Shown: positions 39,034-49,163, counted from the first letter of the stretch. The stretch: DNA of 64,000 nucleotides from Bacilli bacterium (GCA_017511375.1 JAFWKJ010000009.1:3407-67406), one strand, 5' to 3'. Numbers and translations are program-made. Notes: generated by a model not told the origin, from the letters alone.

Positions 39034-41562
39034 ATGGCATCAACATATACTAATTGCGACAAAAAAGAATTAATTGCTCACATTATGAATTCAAGATATT
39101 TTGGAGTAGAAAATATAGAAGAAATATTACAAAATCCAAATACGGATAGAGAAGTATTTTCTTATCTAGTGAAGTATACTTTTGGGAAAGAAAACATTTT
39201 ATTCTTATTACAATCCCCATATCTTAATAGTGAATTCTTTAGTGAGATATGTATTCGTAGAATTGATGACCCAACCATCATACCAGATTTATTAGAAAAC
39301 CCATATCTAACACAGGAATTATATGAAAAAATTCTTGCGAGAAGACCAAGCAACATGGAAGACTTATTATTAAATTCTAGATTTGCTAATGAACATACCT
39401 GTATGGTGTTGATGGAAAACAGAGTAGGTTCTGGTGTAACGAACGATGTAATATTAAAAGTAATAAGAAGTCCTCATTTTACTATTAATGTATTTAATAA
39501 ATATTTAAATAACATATATGGAAATGATGAATTATTATTCGAAGCATTAAAAAAACGTGTAGCAACTCCAGAACTAATTACAAAAATATTAGATCGATGT
39601 ATCAAATACCCTAGTACCTATATAAAATCGGTTCATTATATTTTTGAAAATTATCAATGTGATTATAAATATTTAAAAACTTATATTCAATTAGATGATG
39701 CGAATATGGATTATTTGATATCTAGTGGTGTAGCAGATATAGATACTATAAAAAAACTATTAGAAGATGGAAATGATAAAATTGCCATTAGAGTTATTAA
39801 TAGTGGTATCATGACAGAAGAAATATTACTACAAATCATTAATAGAGATTATACAAAAACCCCTTATAGTACAGTAGATGCAAATAATAAAATTTATAGA
39901 GAGATATTAAAAGATCAAAATTTAAGTGAAAAAGTATTGTGTGCCATATTAGATAAAAAACCATCGAATACTATATTAGATTTGATAGCACAACATCCAT
40001 CAGCTGGAACAGATACAAAAGCATCTATTATTATCAATAAGCAGGCTCTAACAGAAGCAGATTTAGATACCTTATTTGCTCTTCCAGGATTAACGGAAGA
40101 ACACTTAAATGAATTGATTCAAAAACAAGCAAGCGAAATGGTGTTTAAAAGAGTAATGGATTCTCCTTTCATTAGTCAAAAACTATATCGCCAAATCCTA
40201 GCTAATTTTATAAAGGTAAATAATGCAAATTATATATCGGGGAAATCATTTAGTAGAGGGGTAAATATAGAATTTCTCATGGAATTAATCGATAGAGATT
40301 TAGATGAAAATAACTTAGATTATCTACTCGCAAATGTATGTGGAGATTATACGGTTGTAAAAAAAGTATTACATCATCCATCCGCAGGATTAGATATTTG
40401 TAAGAGAGCCCATATCTTATCTGATAGAATGGAAGAAAGTAAGAGAAATGAAATTGTAGAATTGGCATCTAAATTAAAACACAAAATAATATCTGAAACA
40501 TTTGAAATTGAAGAAGAAGAGGATGTTACAGATATATTAAGACTAAATGTAGAAGATGGAATGAGTACCATGTTATGGGGACCATCAGGAGTAGGAAAAT
40601 CAAGTCGTGTATTTGAAATAGATCCTACAGCTACCTTGCTAATCTTGAAAAATGGGATGTTACCAGAAGAAGTAATTGGTGGAAAAGAACCCAATGGACA
40701 ACCAGGAGAAATATATCCACCTCATTGGTATGTAGTTTTATGTGAAAAATGTAGAAGAGAACCAAATAGAAAACATATCTTGTTTATCGATGAATTTACA
40801 AATGTAAATGATACCATTAAGAATCTTGCATGGGAAATTGTTGGAAATAGATTGGTAAATGGACATGAAGAATGGCCCTTACCAGAAAACTGTTCTTTAG
40901 TAGTGGCAGGAAATAGACCAGAAGAATCATCAGCTGTACGTATCGATGCATCAGGGGGAGTCATGCCAGCACCTCTCCACAATAGAATTGATTCTATGAT
41001 AGAAATACAATTTAATGTAGATGAATGGCAAAAATGGGCACTCGAGACAGATCCTACAACGGGACGTCTTAGAATTCATCCCATTGTATTATCCTTCTGT
41101 GCTGCGCATGCGGATAAAGTAATGTTTACCCAATTTAATCCAGAAGATGTAACGCAACCATTCTTGACTCCAAGAAAGTGGGAACAATTATCAGCTGCCA
41201 TCTATAGAGCTGAAGAACGTGGAGCAAATCACCATGTAAGTTATGCAAGAATTAGAAGTATGCTAGGAAATACGCCTATTTGCAATGCCTTTATTGAACA
41301 TTATGAGAGATTACCAATTGATATGGATAAGATTGTAATGGGTGAGTATACGGAAGAAGATTTCCCATCATTAGAAGATAAAATGTATGCACTAGGTATT
41401 ATTATTGCACAATATAATGGAGATCAAGAGACAATAGAATCTTTTATTCTAGAATGTTTAGGAGATGAATTCTTATCTGTCTACAATAATATGCGAAATG
41501 AGAGAAAGGCCGTATTAGAAGCAACCGATACAAATGTATCTATGAATGGAGGCAAGAAATAA
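39034..41562 (+). CDS. AAA+ ATPase (MoxR/AAA_5-like) fused to a ~480-aa N-terminal array of LRV/HEAT-like repeats
   Basis: Walker A LWGPSGVGKSS, Walker B ILFIDEFTNV, and sensor/arginine region VVAGNRPEE..APLHNR. The N-terminus has about 12 repeats of the form L.(N/S)P(Y/H/F).....(L/F)(Y/F)..IL. Confidence 0.8.
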   Translation: MASTYTNCDKKELIAHIMNSRYFGVENIEEILQNPNTDREVFSYLVKYTFGKENILFLLQSPYLNSEFFSEICIRRIDDPTIIPDLLENPYLTQELYEKILARRPSNMEDLLLNSRFANEHTCMVLMENRVGSGVTNDVILKVIRSPHFTINVFNKYLNNIYGNDELLFEALKKRVATPELITKILDRCIKYPSTYIKSVHYIFENYQCDYKYLKTYIQLDDANMDYLISSGVADIDTIKKLLEDGNDKIAIRVINSGIMTEEILLQIINRDYTKTPYSTVDANNKIYREILKDQNLSEKVLCAILDKKPSNTILDLIAQHPSAGTDTKASIIINKQALTEADLDTLFALPGLTEEHLNELIQKQASEMVFKRVMDSPFISQKLYRQILANFIKVNNANYISGKSFSRGVNIEFLMELIDRDLDENNLDYLLANVCGDYTVVKKVLHHPSAGLDICKRAHILSDRMEESKRNEIVELASKLKHKIISETFEIEEEEDVTDILRLNVEDGMSTMLWGPSGVGKSSRVFEIDPTATLLILKNGMLPEEVIGGKEPNGQPGEIYPPHWYVVLCEKCRREPNRKHILFIDEFTNVNDTIKNLAWEIVGNRLVNGHEEWPLPENCSLVVAGNRPEESSAVRIDASGGVMPAPLHNRIDSMIEIQFNVDEWQKWALETDPTTGRLRIHPIVLSFCAAHADKVMFTQFNPEDVTQPFLTPRKWEQLSAAIYRAEERGANHHVSYARIRSMLGNTPICNAFIEHYERLPIDMDKIVMGEYTEEDFPSLEDKMYALGIIIAQYNGDQETIESFILECLGDEFLSVYNNMRNERKAVLEATDTNVSMNGGKK

Positions 41563-41960
41563 TGGAAAATAATGAAAGAGAAAAAATTGCTGCCATCAAA
41601 GAATGCTTAATTGAATATGTAGGACCTATCTATATTTGTGGAGAAATATTTGATTTAAACGCAGATAGTTTAACAATTATTCATGCAGATATGCCAAAAG
41701 AAGAATTAATTATTTTAAATAATCATTATCCTGAATGGATAAAAAGAGTAATCAATAATGAAAATAAGAAGAATGTATTATTGATAAAAGATTTTGATAA
41801 AATCTCATTAGAAGATCAAAAACTATTTGTAGATATTATTTGTAAAAACAGAGTATCTAGTGAGTTATTACCTGAGAACTTAAAGATTATGATTAATTCT
41901 AATGAAAGATGTTCCTTAATCCCTGAGATAAGGGAAGTAATACAGTATTTTGAAGTATAG
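41562..41960 (+). CDS. Small protein of unknown function, middle gene of the AAA/VWA module
   Basis: 132 aa. Its ATG directly abuts the stop codon (TAA) of the AAA gene. Confidence 0.45.
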   Translation: MENNEREKIAAIKECLIEYVGPIYICGEIFDLNADSLTIIHADMPKEELIILNNHYPEWIKRVINNENKKNVLLIKDFDKISLEDQKLFVDIICKNRVSSELLPENLKIMINSNERCSLIPEIREVIQYFEV

Positions 41961-41968
41961 GTGATAAT

Positions 41969-43486
41969 ATGTTTAAACAAAGTGATTTAGACAAAGTAAA
42001 AAGATCTGTTCTTCGTAAATATGATATTGCGGCAGGAGTTGCTTTAGATGGAATTGAAATAAGATTAAGTGATCAGTGCGAAACAGCTTGTGTAGTAGGA
42101 CAGATGGATGCGAAAGGGGTTCTACAAGTAAAAGAAATATTGGTAAATCCTACTTTCTTTGAAAAACTTACTTTCGCAGAACGTGTATTTGTACTAGCAC
42201 ATGAAACTTTTCATATTGCCTTAAGACATTTTGCTCGTTCCATGGAAATGCCTGAAAAGGATGCCATGAGAAAGTATAAAGAGTATTGCGAAAAAGAAAC
42301 TGATGAGGCAAAAAGACAGTTTATGAAAGCGCAATATTTAAATCGTTATCATGAGATTTGGAATATTGCAACCGATGCTTGTATTAATGCCTTCTTGAAA
42401 AAAGATGGTTTGTCTTTTCCAGAAAATGTTATGGATCCAAAAACAGGAAAGAAAATGACATTTGTGGATATGAAAGAAGGCTTATATCAAAGTGCTGAAA
42501 AAATATATAAATATCTTGTTCAAAAAGAAGAACAAAAATGGAATCAGCCACAAGAACAACATTCAAATCAACCAGCTAATTCTAGTAGTGAATCCAACTC
42601 ATCAAATAGCGGTTCTCAATCTGGAACGACATCGATTGATGATGTATTATCAAAAGATTATGTAGGAATTGATTCTCATGAACAATGGAGTGGAGACGAG
42701 AATAATTCATCAAAAAGTACTTTTGAAGAAGATTCTGAAGAGACAAAAGAAGATACAAGTGAGGGAGATTTATTTGAGCAAATAGAAAAAGCAAGAAAAA
42801 AAGATAACTCCAAAAAAGAATCTGTATCAGACACCTTATCAAGAATTCGCGAAGAAGCAGGAAATCTAGATTTTGAAAAAGCAAAACCAATTATTTCATG
42901 GAAAACGTTATTAGTAGGATATTTAGAAAAAACGGAAGAAGTTTGGGGAAAAAGAAGAGCATCAAGATATAATCCAAACGCCAGAATAGAAGAAAGAACT
43001 TTTGAGAAACTTCCGAATGTAGAAGTGATTCTAGATACGTCTGGCTCTATTTCCTCCACACTCTTAAAAGGTTTCTTATTACAACTAGTACCAATATTTC
43101 AAACCTTATATGGGGAAGAAGTATCCATAAAAGTAGGGTGTTTTGGTTCATTCTTTAGTGGGTTTACTCCTATAAGAACCATGCAAGATATAAAAAACTA
43201 TCAACCAGTAAATGGAGGAGGAACTAATTTTGAATTAGCAGCCACTTCTTTCACTCCTGATCCGGGAAGAACCACAACAAAAATAGTATTTACAGATGGA
43301 GGAATGGGAATTCCACAAAAAACAAAAGTAGATAATATTATATGGATCGTATTTGGAAATCAAGTCCTATTTCAACCTGTCAGTGGAAGAGTAATTAGAG
43401 TTTCAGATAAAGACTTTGATAGTATGATGAAAGAAGGACAAAACTTTATAGCAGAAGACGAGTCTTCTATAGGACGACATAGATAA
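41969..43486 (+). CDS. Putative metallopeptidase (HExxH, DUF2201_N-like) fused to a VWA-like domain
   Basis: LAHETFHIALRH HExxH motif. Ser/Glu-rich linker. C-terminal VWA-like domain with MIDAS-type ILDTSGSIS. Confidence 0.75.
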   Translation: MFKQSDLDKVKRSVLRKYDIAAGVALDGIEIRLSDQCETACVVGQMDAKGVLQVKEILVNPTFFEKLTFAERVFVLAHETFHIALRHFARSMEMPEKDAMRKYKEYCEKETDEAKRQFMKAQYLNRYHEIWNIATDACINAFLKKDGLSFPENVMDPKTGKKMTFVDMKEGLYQSAEKIYKYLVQKEEQKWNQPQEQHSNQPANSSSESNSSNSGSQSGTTSIDDVLSKDYVGIDSHEQWSGDENNSSKSTFEEDSEETKEDTSEGDLFEQIEKARKKDNSKKESVSDTLSRIREEAGNLDFEKAKPIISWKTLLVGYLEKTEEVWGKRRASRYNPNARIEERTFEKLPNVEVILDTSGSISSTLLKGFLLQLVPIFQTLYGEEVSIKVGCFGSFFSGFTPIRTMQDIKNYQPVNGGGTNFELAATSFTPDPGRTTTKIVFTDGGMGIPQKTKVDNIIWIVFGNQVLFQPVSGRVIRVSDKDFDSMMKEGQNFIAEDESSIGRHR

Positions 43487-43566
43487 TAAGCAGTAAGAGT
43501 CTTACTGCTTTTTAGTTGTGAAAGAAAGAAAAAGAATGTATAATAACAATCATTGGAGGCGAAAGT

Positions 43567-44016
43567 ATGTATGAAATAAATATAGCGCTTTCCGAAAAAG
43601 AAATAATAGAATTTGAAAAGTTAAGAAATATAGTTTTTCATGGAACAAAACCCATTGAAAAGAAAACAGATAGTCCTTATGCACAAGCAATTGAAAAAGG
43701 GGATATACTGGCATTTTGCTGTTTAGAAGATCAAACTTTAGTAGGAGGCATGTTAATAAGACTTTTAAATAATAATATAGAACTTATGAGAATGTTTGTA
43801 GACGAATCCAAAAGAGAACAAGGCACTGGAAGTTTTATGATTAGTTATTTAGAATCCCATCAAGGAATGTTAGAAGATTATTTTGGAGTAGAACATATTG
43901 ATGGTTGTGTTTTGTCTCCTATAAAAAGTAGAATTGATTATTGGCATGGAAAAGGATATGACTTTATGGGATGCCAAATGTATAAAAGATTTGAAAAAAC
44001 AAAGAGAAACAAATAA
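43567..44016 (+). CDS. GNAT-family N-acetyltransferase
   Basis: Motif A-like MRMFVDESKREQGTGSFMISYLE. TGTATAAT promoter at 43537-43544. Confidence 0.6.
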   Translation: MYEINIALSEKEIIEFEKLRNIVFHGTKPIEKKTDSPYAQAIEKGDILAFCCLEDQTLVGGMLIRLLNNNIELMRMFVDESKREQGTGSFMISYLESHQGMLEDYFGVEHIDGCVLSPIKSRIDYWHGKGYDFMGCQMYKRFEKTKRNK

Positions 44017-44146
44017 ATCGTATTCTCAAAGAAAAGAAGGATATGTTTTACGTCAAAACACTTGCTTTTTCAATAAAAGAATTGAGTAATAACCCCGTTT
44101 AATATACAATGATGATAGAATGATAAGTTTTGATGGAGGGATGAAG

Positions 44147-44839
44147 ATGGGTGCCATAGAAACACAAGCTACACATCTAGCAATCGCGGAAAGAGAAAGA
44201 ACAATGCGAAATCATATGAGAGATAATAGTGGAGATCAAGTAAGTGGTTTTGCGATATTTAATGATGAATATATGAAAAAAGTAATGCAAGGTTTTATAT
44301 CACTTGCTTTAGATACAGCTTTTAATGATCAATTAGAAAAAGATAGATTAAGAAATTATTATGAGGAATTCAAAGAAGATATCAGTAAATATTTTGAGAA
44401 AATCAATGAAGAAACATTAGAGGATCCTAACTATTCAGATGCTTTGATAACAGGAAGAGAATATACAAGAAGTATAGGAAACAAAGTATCCTTTATATCT
44501 TTTTCTCCTGTAAAAAAATTACAATTAGATATGCAATATGTACCAGGAGTAAGAGCTGATGATCCTAATAAAATTAGACTGGTAGCAAAAGAAGCTTTAA
44601 CAAGTGAGGAATATCCATGCCATATCATTTCGATTGATATTGGAGATGATAAAATGATTAATTTGAATCCTCCAGTAAAAAGAGATAGTCAAGGAGTAGA
44701 AGAAATGGTCAGCGTAGATGATACAGAAATTCCATTAAATGATGATATATTTGATACACAAGATGTATTTATGGATTTATTTCAAAAATCAGGAATTAAA
44801 ACTCAAAGTGAAGAAGAAAACAAATCATTATCTAATTAA
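44147..44839 (+). CDS. Hypothetical protein
   Basis: ORF with the start chosen 6 nt after GGAGGG. No motif recognised. Confidence 0.4.
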   Translation: MGAIETQATHLAIAERERTMRNHMRDNSGDQVSGFAIFNDEYMKKVMQGFISLALDTAFNDQLEKDRLRNYYEEFKEDISKYFEKINEETLEDPNYSDALITGREYTRSIGNKVSFISFSPVKKLQLDMQYVPGVRADDPNKIRLVAKEALTSEEYPCHIISIDIGDDKMINLNPPVKRDSQGVEEMVSVDDTEIPLNDDIFDTQDVFMDLFQKSGIKTQSEEENKSLSN

Positions 44840-44911
44840 AAAAAGAACCAATTAATTGGTTCTTTTATTAATAAATAATATAAGATATAATAGAAAAAAA
44901 GAGGGATCATA

Positions 44912-45268
44912 ATGAATAATAAAGAGTATTTAGGACAAACAGTCAAAATAAAAATTGATAGACCATTTGGATCAAAACATCCAAATCATGGTTTTATCTA
45001 TCCCGTCAATTATGGTTATATTCCAGATACAGTAAGCGGAGATGGAGAAGAACTAGATGCCTATTTATTAGGTGTATTTGAACCAGTAGATGAATATGAA
45101 GGAGAATGTATTGCGATTCTTCATAGAACAAATGATGATGATGATAAGTTGGTAGTAGCACCTTTTGGAAAAGATTATTCAGATGAAGCGATAGACGCTT
45201 TAACAGAGTTTCAAGAGAGATTCTTTGAACATGAAATCATTAGAAGCAATGAATTCAAAAAGAAATAG
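44912..45268 (+). CDS. Inorganic-pyrophosphatase-family-like small protein
   Basis: ..IDRPFGS..YPVNYGYIPDTVSGDGEELDAYLLGV.. parallels the family I PPase core YP.NYGFIP.T...DGDPLDVLVL. Confidence 0.5.
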   Translation: MNNKEYLGQTVKIKIDRPFGSKHPNHGFIYPVNYGYIPDTVSGDGEELDAYLLGVFEPVDEYEGECIAILHRTNDDDDKLVVAPFGKDYSDEAIDALTEFQERFFEHEIIRSNEFKKK

Positions 45269-45298
45269 TCAATTTTTTGTCTTAAAGGAGCCAAGATG

Positions 45299-45328
45299 TT
45301 GACACTAAGTGAAAAAGAGACCTATAAT
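45299..45328 (+). promoter_or_regulatory. Sigma-A-type promoter
   Basis: TTGACA (45299-45304), 18-nt spacer, TATAAT (45323-45328). It lies inside tracked ORF 45309.., which supports the downstream start at 45345. Confidence 0.5.
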
Positions 45329-45344
45329 TAATAGGGTGATTAAT

Positions 45345-45923
45345 ATGAATGATAACTATGAAATCATGTTTGCTTACGATAAAGTAGGAAAGACAATTGT
45401 CGATTATCTAAGACCTTATATTGAAAAATGTGGATTAAAAATAGACATTAATAGATCTTCAGATCGACATGTATATTTATTAGGAGAAAGTGGAGAATAT
45501 GCAGGAACGATTTCAACAGAAGAAGACTCTTCTAATTTTATCGTTTATCTAAACGGAGAAGGAACACTAATTCTAAGTGGGGAATTAAAAGATAATATTG
45601 TATCAGGAGCTGTAGCAAAAACAAATGTAAGAGATAGAGCAAATCTAGAAGCCTTTACTACTTTTTCCACAAAGTTATTTGAGGGACATACAGAGTGTAT
45701 AGAAGACATCTATATAAGTAACATATATAAAGCAACAAGTGGATTTTCACCTAGACCATTAAACTGGACATGGAAAGATATTAATGCTTTATTAATCACA
45801 AAAAAAGAGGAATTAACTCCAGATTATACAAGAAAATTTGATAACTTATCACCAAATGATTTTATGAAGGCAATTATGATGGAATATGAAAATCCAGATT
45901 ATATGATACAAAAAGCTGTGTAA
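45345..45923 (+). CDS. Hypothetical protein
   Basis: ATG follows AGGGTGA. 192 aa with no motif recognised. Confidence 0.4.
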   Translation: MNDNYEIMFAYDKVGKTIVDYLRPYIEKCGLKIDINRSSDRHVYLLGESGEYAGTISTEEDSSNFIVYLNGEGTLILSGELKDNIVSGAVAKTNVRDRANLEAFTTFSTKLFEGHTECIEDIYISNIYKATSGFSPRPLNWTWKDINALLITKKEELTPDYTRKFDNLSPNDFMKAIMMEYENPDYMIQKAV

Positions 45924-45986
45924 AAAAGATAATTTTTATTATCTTTTTTTATTTATATGATACAATAAAGCGTGAGGAGAGGGTTT

Positions 45987-47471
45987 ATGAGTACACAAGT
46001 TGATTATAATGAAGTATTGGAAAGAACTTTTCCAGGGAATCCTAATATAGAAATTATTCTTGAAAAAACCCCAAGAAAATTAATGGAAGTATTATTTGAG
46101 AATAAAGAAAAAAGTTATGAAGATGTTATGGCATTCCTAGAAAAATATAAAGAAGAAGTAATTACCTGTTCTTTAAAAGACGAATCTTTAATAAGTGAAT
46201 TGTTAAAGGAAAATCAAATAATTGATAGAACAAAGAAAAATACAATTACGAGAGAATATTTCGAATCTATAATGGAAAAAATTAAGAATAAAGACTTTGA
46301 TGAGAAATCTGTTGCGTTTTATTTAAATGTTTTAAATATGTGCATTTTATGTTCAAAGTATACAGAAGAAGAGATAAAGAATATTCTAAATGGGGATATA
46401 TATAACATCGCAACGAATGATATATATATGTCTAATAGTGATAGAGATCATAGTACAGAACATAAGGTTGAACTTATGGATAAATTGATATCTTGGAAAG
46501 AAAAATGTGGAGAGGATATATTACCAGAAATATTCCATTTAGAAACCTTAAAAGAAAATATTATTACTTTAATCAATTCACTACAAATAAGAGACGACGA
46601 AAGAATGCAAGCTTTTCTACAAGAACGTTTAGATATATGTGATCATGCCATCAGAATCAGAGATGGTAAAGAACTTCCTAGTAATAAACTTTTAAATGAA
46701 ATACCATTTTTGTTCGCTGATTATAATGAAGTTAATAAACTAATACTATATAGAGAATTAGATTCTGGAAAAGTTCAATTAGTTCATTTTGTAAGAAATG
46801 GTATGGTAGATTTTCAGACAAGAGGCGAAAACGTCATTAATTTTTCTGATTCACAGGAAAATGGATATGGGAAAGAACAAGTTGATATTCTCATGGAAGG
46901 GTTTATGGAATACATCAAACAAAAATATGAAAGAGAAAAAGGAAAAGATGCAGATTTAGAAGACCCTGAATATAGAGATGCAAGAGAATTAGGATTAAGA
47001 GTTTTAAACAACACTTTAAATTTTAGACCTTTAGATAGGTTACCTGTTAAATGTTTAAGTAAAGGAGCAAACGGGGTCACTGAAATTAGAAAGGCAAGTC
47101 ATAGAGTATCTTGTTCGCTTGTGTCTAGCGCCACTCCAAAATTTGAATTAGATAAAAAAATTGGAATCATAATAATGCCATATGCACCAGAGGCATTTAC
47201 GTCTATGAGTTTAGGTTATACTTATCAGAGTGATATTAATAATTTTAATCGAGATGGAAGAACATGCACGAGAATAATTTATGATGCGGAAAACGGAGAC
47301 TTCTATAATGAAATCTGTGTGGATATGACGAAATGTTATACGGATGGAATTGCCTTATTTTCAGATGATGAGCAAATAATTGCTAAAGCAGAAGCTCTCG
47401 CAAAAACTTATCGTGTTCCAATCATTAATATGATGCCAGAAAAAGAAGATACTGGTAGAAAAAGAAAATAA
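45987..47471 (+). CDS. Hypothetical protein
   Basis: ATG follows GAGGAGAGGG. 494 aa with no motif recognised. Confidence 0.45.
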   Translation: MSTQVDYNEVLERTFPGNPNIEIILEKTPRKLMEVLFENKEKSYEDVMAFLEKYKEEVITCSLKDESLISELLKENQIIDRTKKNTITREYFESIMEKIKNKDFDEKSVAFYLNVLNMCILCSKYTEEEIKNILNGDIYNIATNDIYMSNSDRDHSTEHKVELMDKLISWKEKCGEDILPEIFHLETLKENIITLINSLQIRDDERMQAFLQERLDICDHAIRIRDGKELPSNKLLNEIPFLFADYNEVNKLILYRELDSGKVQLVHFVRNGMVDFQTRGENVINFSDSQENGYGKEQVDILMEGFMEYIKQKYEREKGKDADLEDPEYRDARELGLRVLNNTLNFRPLDRLPVKCLSKGANGVTEIRKASHRVSCSLVSSATPKFELDKKIGIIIMPYAPEAFTSMSLGYTYQSDINNFNRDGRTCTRIIYDAENGDFYNEICVDMTKCYTDGIALFSDDEQIIAKAEALAKTYRVPIINMMPEKEDTGRKRK

Positions 47472-47481
47472 AGGAGAAAAG

Positions 47482-47916
47482 ATGAGAATCATTGAGTTTG
47501 AAGAAAAATATCGAGATGATATGATTTTTATGGTTCTAAGCGCTAAAAATGCAATAGGAAGGATTCCAAAATTAAATAGTGATTTTCTAGACATTAAAGC
47601 AAACTATTTTGATAAAGGACATCCATTTTGGATTGCTTTAGATGAGTTTGATAGAGTCATAGGTTGTATTGGGACAAGAGAAGATGAGGACGGGAATTTA
47701 TTCTTATCACATCTATATGTAAAATATGATATCAAAAGACATGGACTTGGTGGAAAACTAGTAGAGTTAGCAGAAAACTCCGCAAGAGAAAGAGGGTACA
47801 AAGAGGTACATGTTCATCTAGGAAAAGAGTACTTAGAAAGTCATATTTTTTATCCAAAACATGGTTATAAAGAATACAAAGAGTTATACATGAAAAAAGA
47901 ATTAGGAATCTCCTAA
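47482..47916 (+). CDS. GNAT-family N-acetyltransferase
   Basis: Motif A LYVKYDIKRHGLGGKLVELAENSARERG. Confidence 0.75.
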   Translation: MRIIEFEEKYRDDMIFMVLSAKNAIGRIPKLNSDFLDIKANYFDKGHPFWIALDEFDRVIGCIGTREDEDGNLFLSHLYVKYDIKRHGLGGKLVELAENSARERGYKEVHVHLGKEYLESHIFYPKHGYKEYKELYMKKELGIS

Positions 47917-47925
47917 TTCTTTTTT
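47893..47925 (+). terminator. Rho-independent terminator overlapping the GNAT stop codon
   Basis: Perfect 9-bp stem GAATTAGGA/TCCTAATTC (47899-47907 / 47911-47919) followed by T6. Confidence 0.75.
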
Positions 47926-47934
47926 GAGACAATT

Positions 47935-47967
47935 AGAAAGAATAACCCCCAATAATGGTTTTGGAGA
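47935..47967 (-). other. Decayed copy of the tRNA-Trp 3' half (anticodon loop to T arm); att-like direct repeat
   Basis: AACCCCCAATAATGGTTTTGGAGA matches 21 of 24 nt of tRNA-Trp segment 59907-59930 in the same orientation. The match extends with a 2-nt gap to about 33 nt. Confidence 0.5.
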
Positions 47968-48040
47968 TGATGTCAATATTTTAATAGACCTTTCTTCACC
48001 TTTTTTTGACCTTGAGCGCGAGAGGTAAGAATTTCGAAGG

Positions 48041-48155
48041 TCTAGCCTGTAAGATGTAGAATGGAAATAGTCTTTATTTTTACTAAAAGTATATAAATCG
48101 TAATAAAAATCAAAACAAAAGAACCGCAAGGGGTGCGTGGGAAGGCGGTTCTTTT
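48041..48155. repeat. Left copy of an imperfect ~115-bp inverted repeat bounding the island; contains a complete hairpin
   Basis: Its reverse complement aligns with 59729-59845. Perfect blocks are GGCGGTTCTTTT (48144-48155) and GTAATAAAAATCAAAA (48100-48115). Hairpin GAACCGC(48121-48127)/GCGGTTC(48145-48151). Confidence 0.6.
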
Positions 48156-48249
48156 ATTAATGGTAGTTGCAGAAACTAAAGAAAAAGCATAACTGACCAA
48201 CCACATTCAAATAAAAAAGGATGAGATAATAGGAATCAGAAAAAAAATA

Positions 48250-48258
48250 TGTTATAAT
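48250..48258 (+). promoter_or_regulatory. Extended -10 promoter (TGTTATAAT) for the Dam-class methylase
   Basis: TG at 48250-48251 and TATAAT at 48253-48258, 27 nt upstream of the ATG with RBS TAGGAGGA between them. Confidence 0.45.
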
Positions 48259-48284
48259 GTTAAAGAAAGATAGGAGGATAAATA

Positions 48285-49163
48285 ATGAAAAAAGAAGTAA
48301 TTAGCTCACCAATACGTTGGGCCGGTTCAAAGAAAAAACTCCTAAATGAAATGTTGGAAGAAACATTTAAAAAACATCAAAAAAACTATGTTGAATGCTT
48401 TTTAGGATCAGCAGTTGTATTATTAAATGTTATTAACAATAATGAGGATTTGAATTATGAAAATTATTATGTAAATGATATAAACTCCAATATTATAAAT
48501 TTTTATATTTTACTACAAAAGAATCCAGAATATCTAATCACTAAAATCAAAGAATTAAGCGATAAATATAATAACTTGTCATTAAATGAAAAATCCAACT
48601 TGTTTTATGAAATCAGGAATGCATTTAATTGCTCAGATAATTCAGATGAAAAATCTATATATTTTTATTTTTTAATGAAAACAGGATTTAATGGTGTGTA
48701 TAGAGAAAACAGCAAAGGACAATTTAATGTACCATTTGGCAGAAAAGAAAAAATAATCATAGATGAAAATTATCTAATAAAAATTTCTACAATGATAAAA
48801 AAAGTGAAATTTTATAATTTGCCATTTGAAGATTTTTTGGATAAGATGAGTAAAAAAGGAATACTAGATGATGCGTTTGTATATTGTGATCCACCATATC
48901 TACCTGATGATCTACTTGTTTATCAAAAACAAATGCTATATACAAAAGACTCATTCAATCACGAATTGTTTTTCTCAACTTTAAATGAAATGGATATAAA
49001 GAATGTTATGATTTCAATGTCAGAATCTAAAATTGCAGACCAGATATATAACAAACAACCATTTAATAAAATTGATGTCAGAAATATTATAAGAGTTATA
49101 AATCCAAAAAAGCTTTTCTCTTCAAAGGAAGTTGCATATATAAATTATCAAATTGAAGAGTAA
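48285..49163 (+). CDS. D12-class (Dam-family) N6-adenine DNA methyltransferase, no adjacent cognate endonuclease evident
   Basis: N-terminal SPIRWAGSKKKLL, motif I CFLGSAVV, and motif IV YCDPPYLP (DPPY). Confidence 0.85.
   Translation: MKKEVISSPIRWAGSKKKLLNEMLEETFKKHQKNYVECFLGSAVVLLNVINNNEDLNYENYYVNDINSNIINFYILLQKNPEYLITKIKELSDKYNNLSLNEKSNLFYEIRNAFNCSDNSDEKSIYFYFLMKTGFNGVYRENSKGQFNVPFGRKEKIIIDENYLIKISTMIKKVKFYNLPFEDFLDKMSKKGILDDAFVYCDPPYLPDDLLVYQKQMLYTKDSFNHELFFSTLNEMDIKNVMISMSESKIADQIYNKQPFNKIDVRNIIRVINPKKLFSSKEVAYINYQIEE

Noticed and set aside
42582-43059. Two overlapping minus-strand tracked ORFs (102 and 127 aa)
   Set aside because: They lie antisense to the Ser/Glu-rich linker of the HExxH-VWA gene. 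Such low-complexity regions keep the opposite strand open.
47902-48129. Tracked 75-aa minus-strand ORF at the island's left end
   Set aside because: It spans a terminator, the tRNA remnant and the inverted repeat. It has no RBS, and the region is better explained as non-coding.
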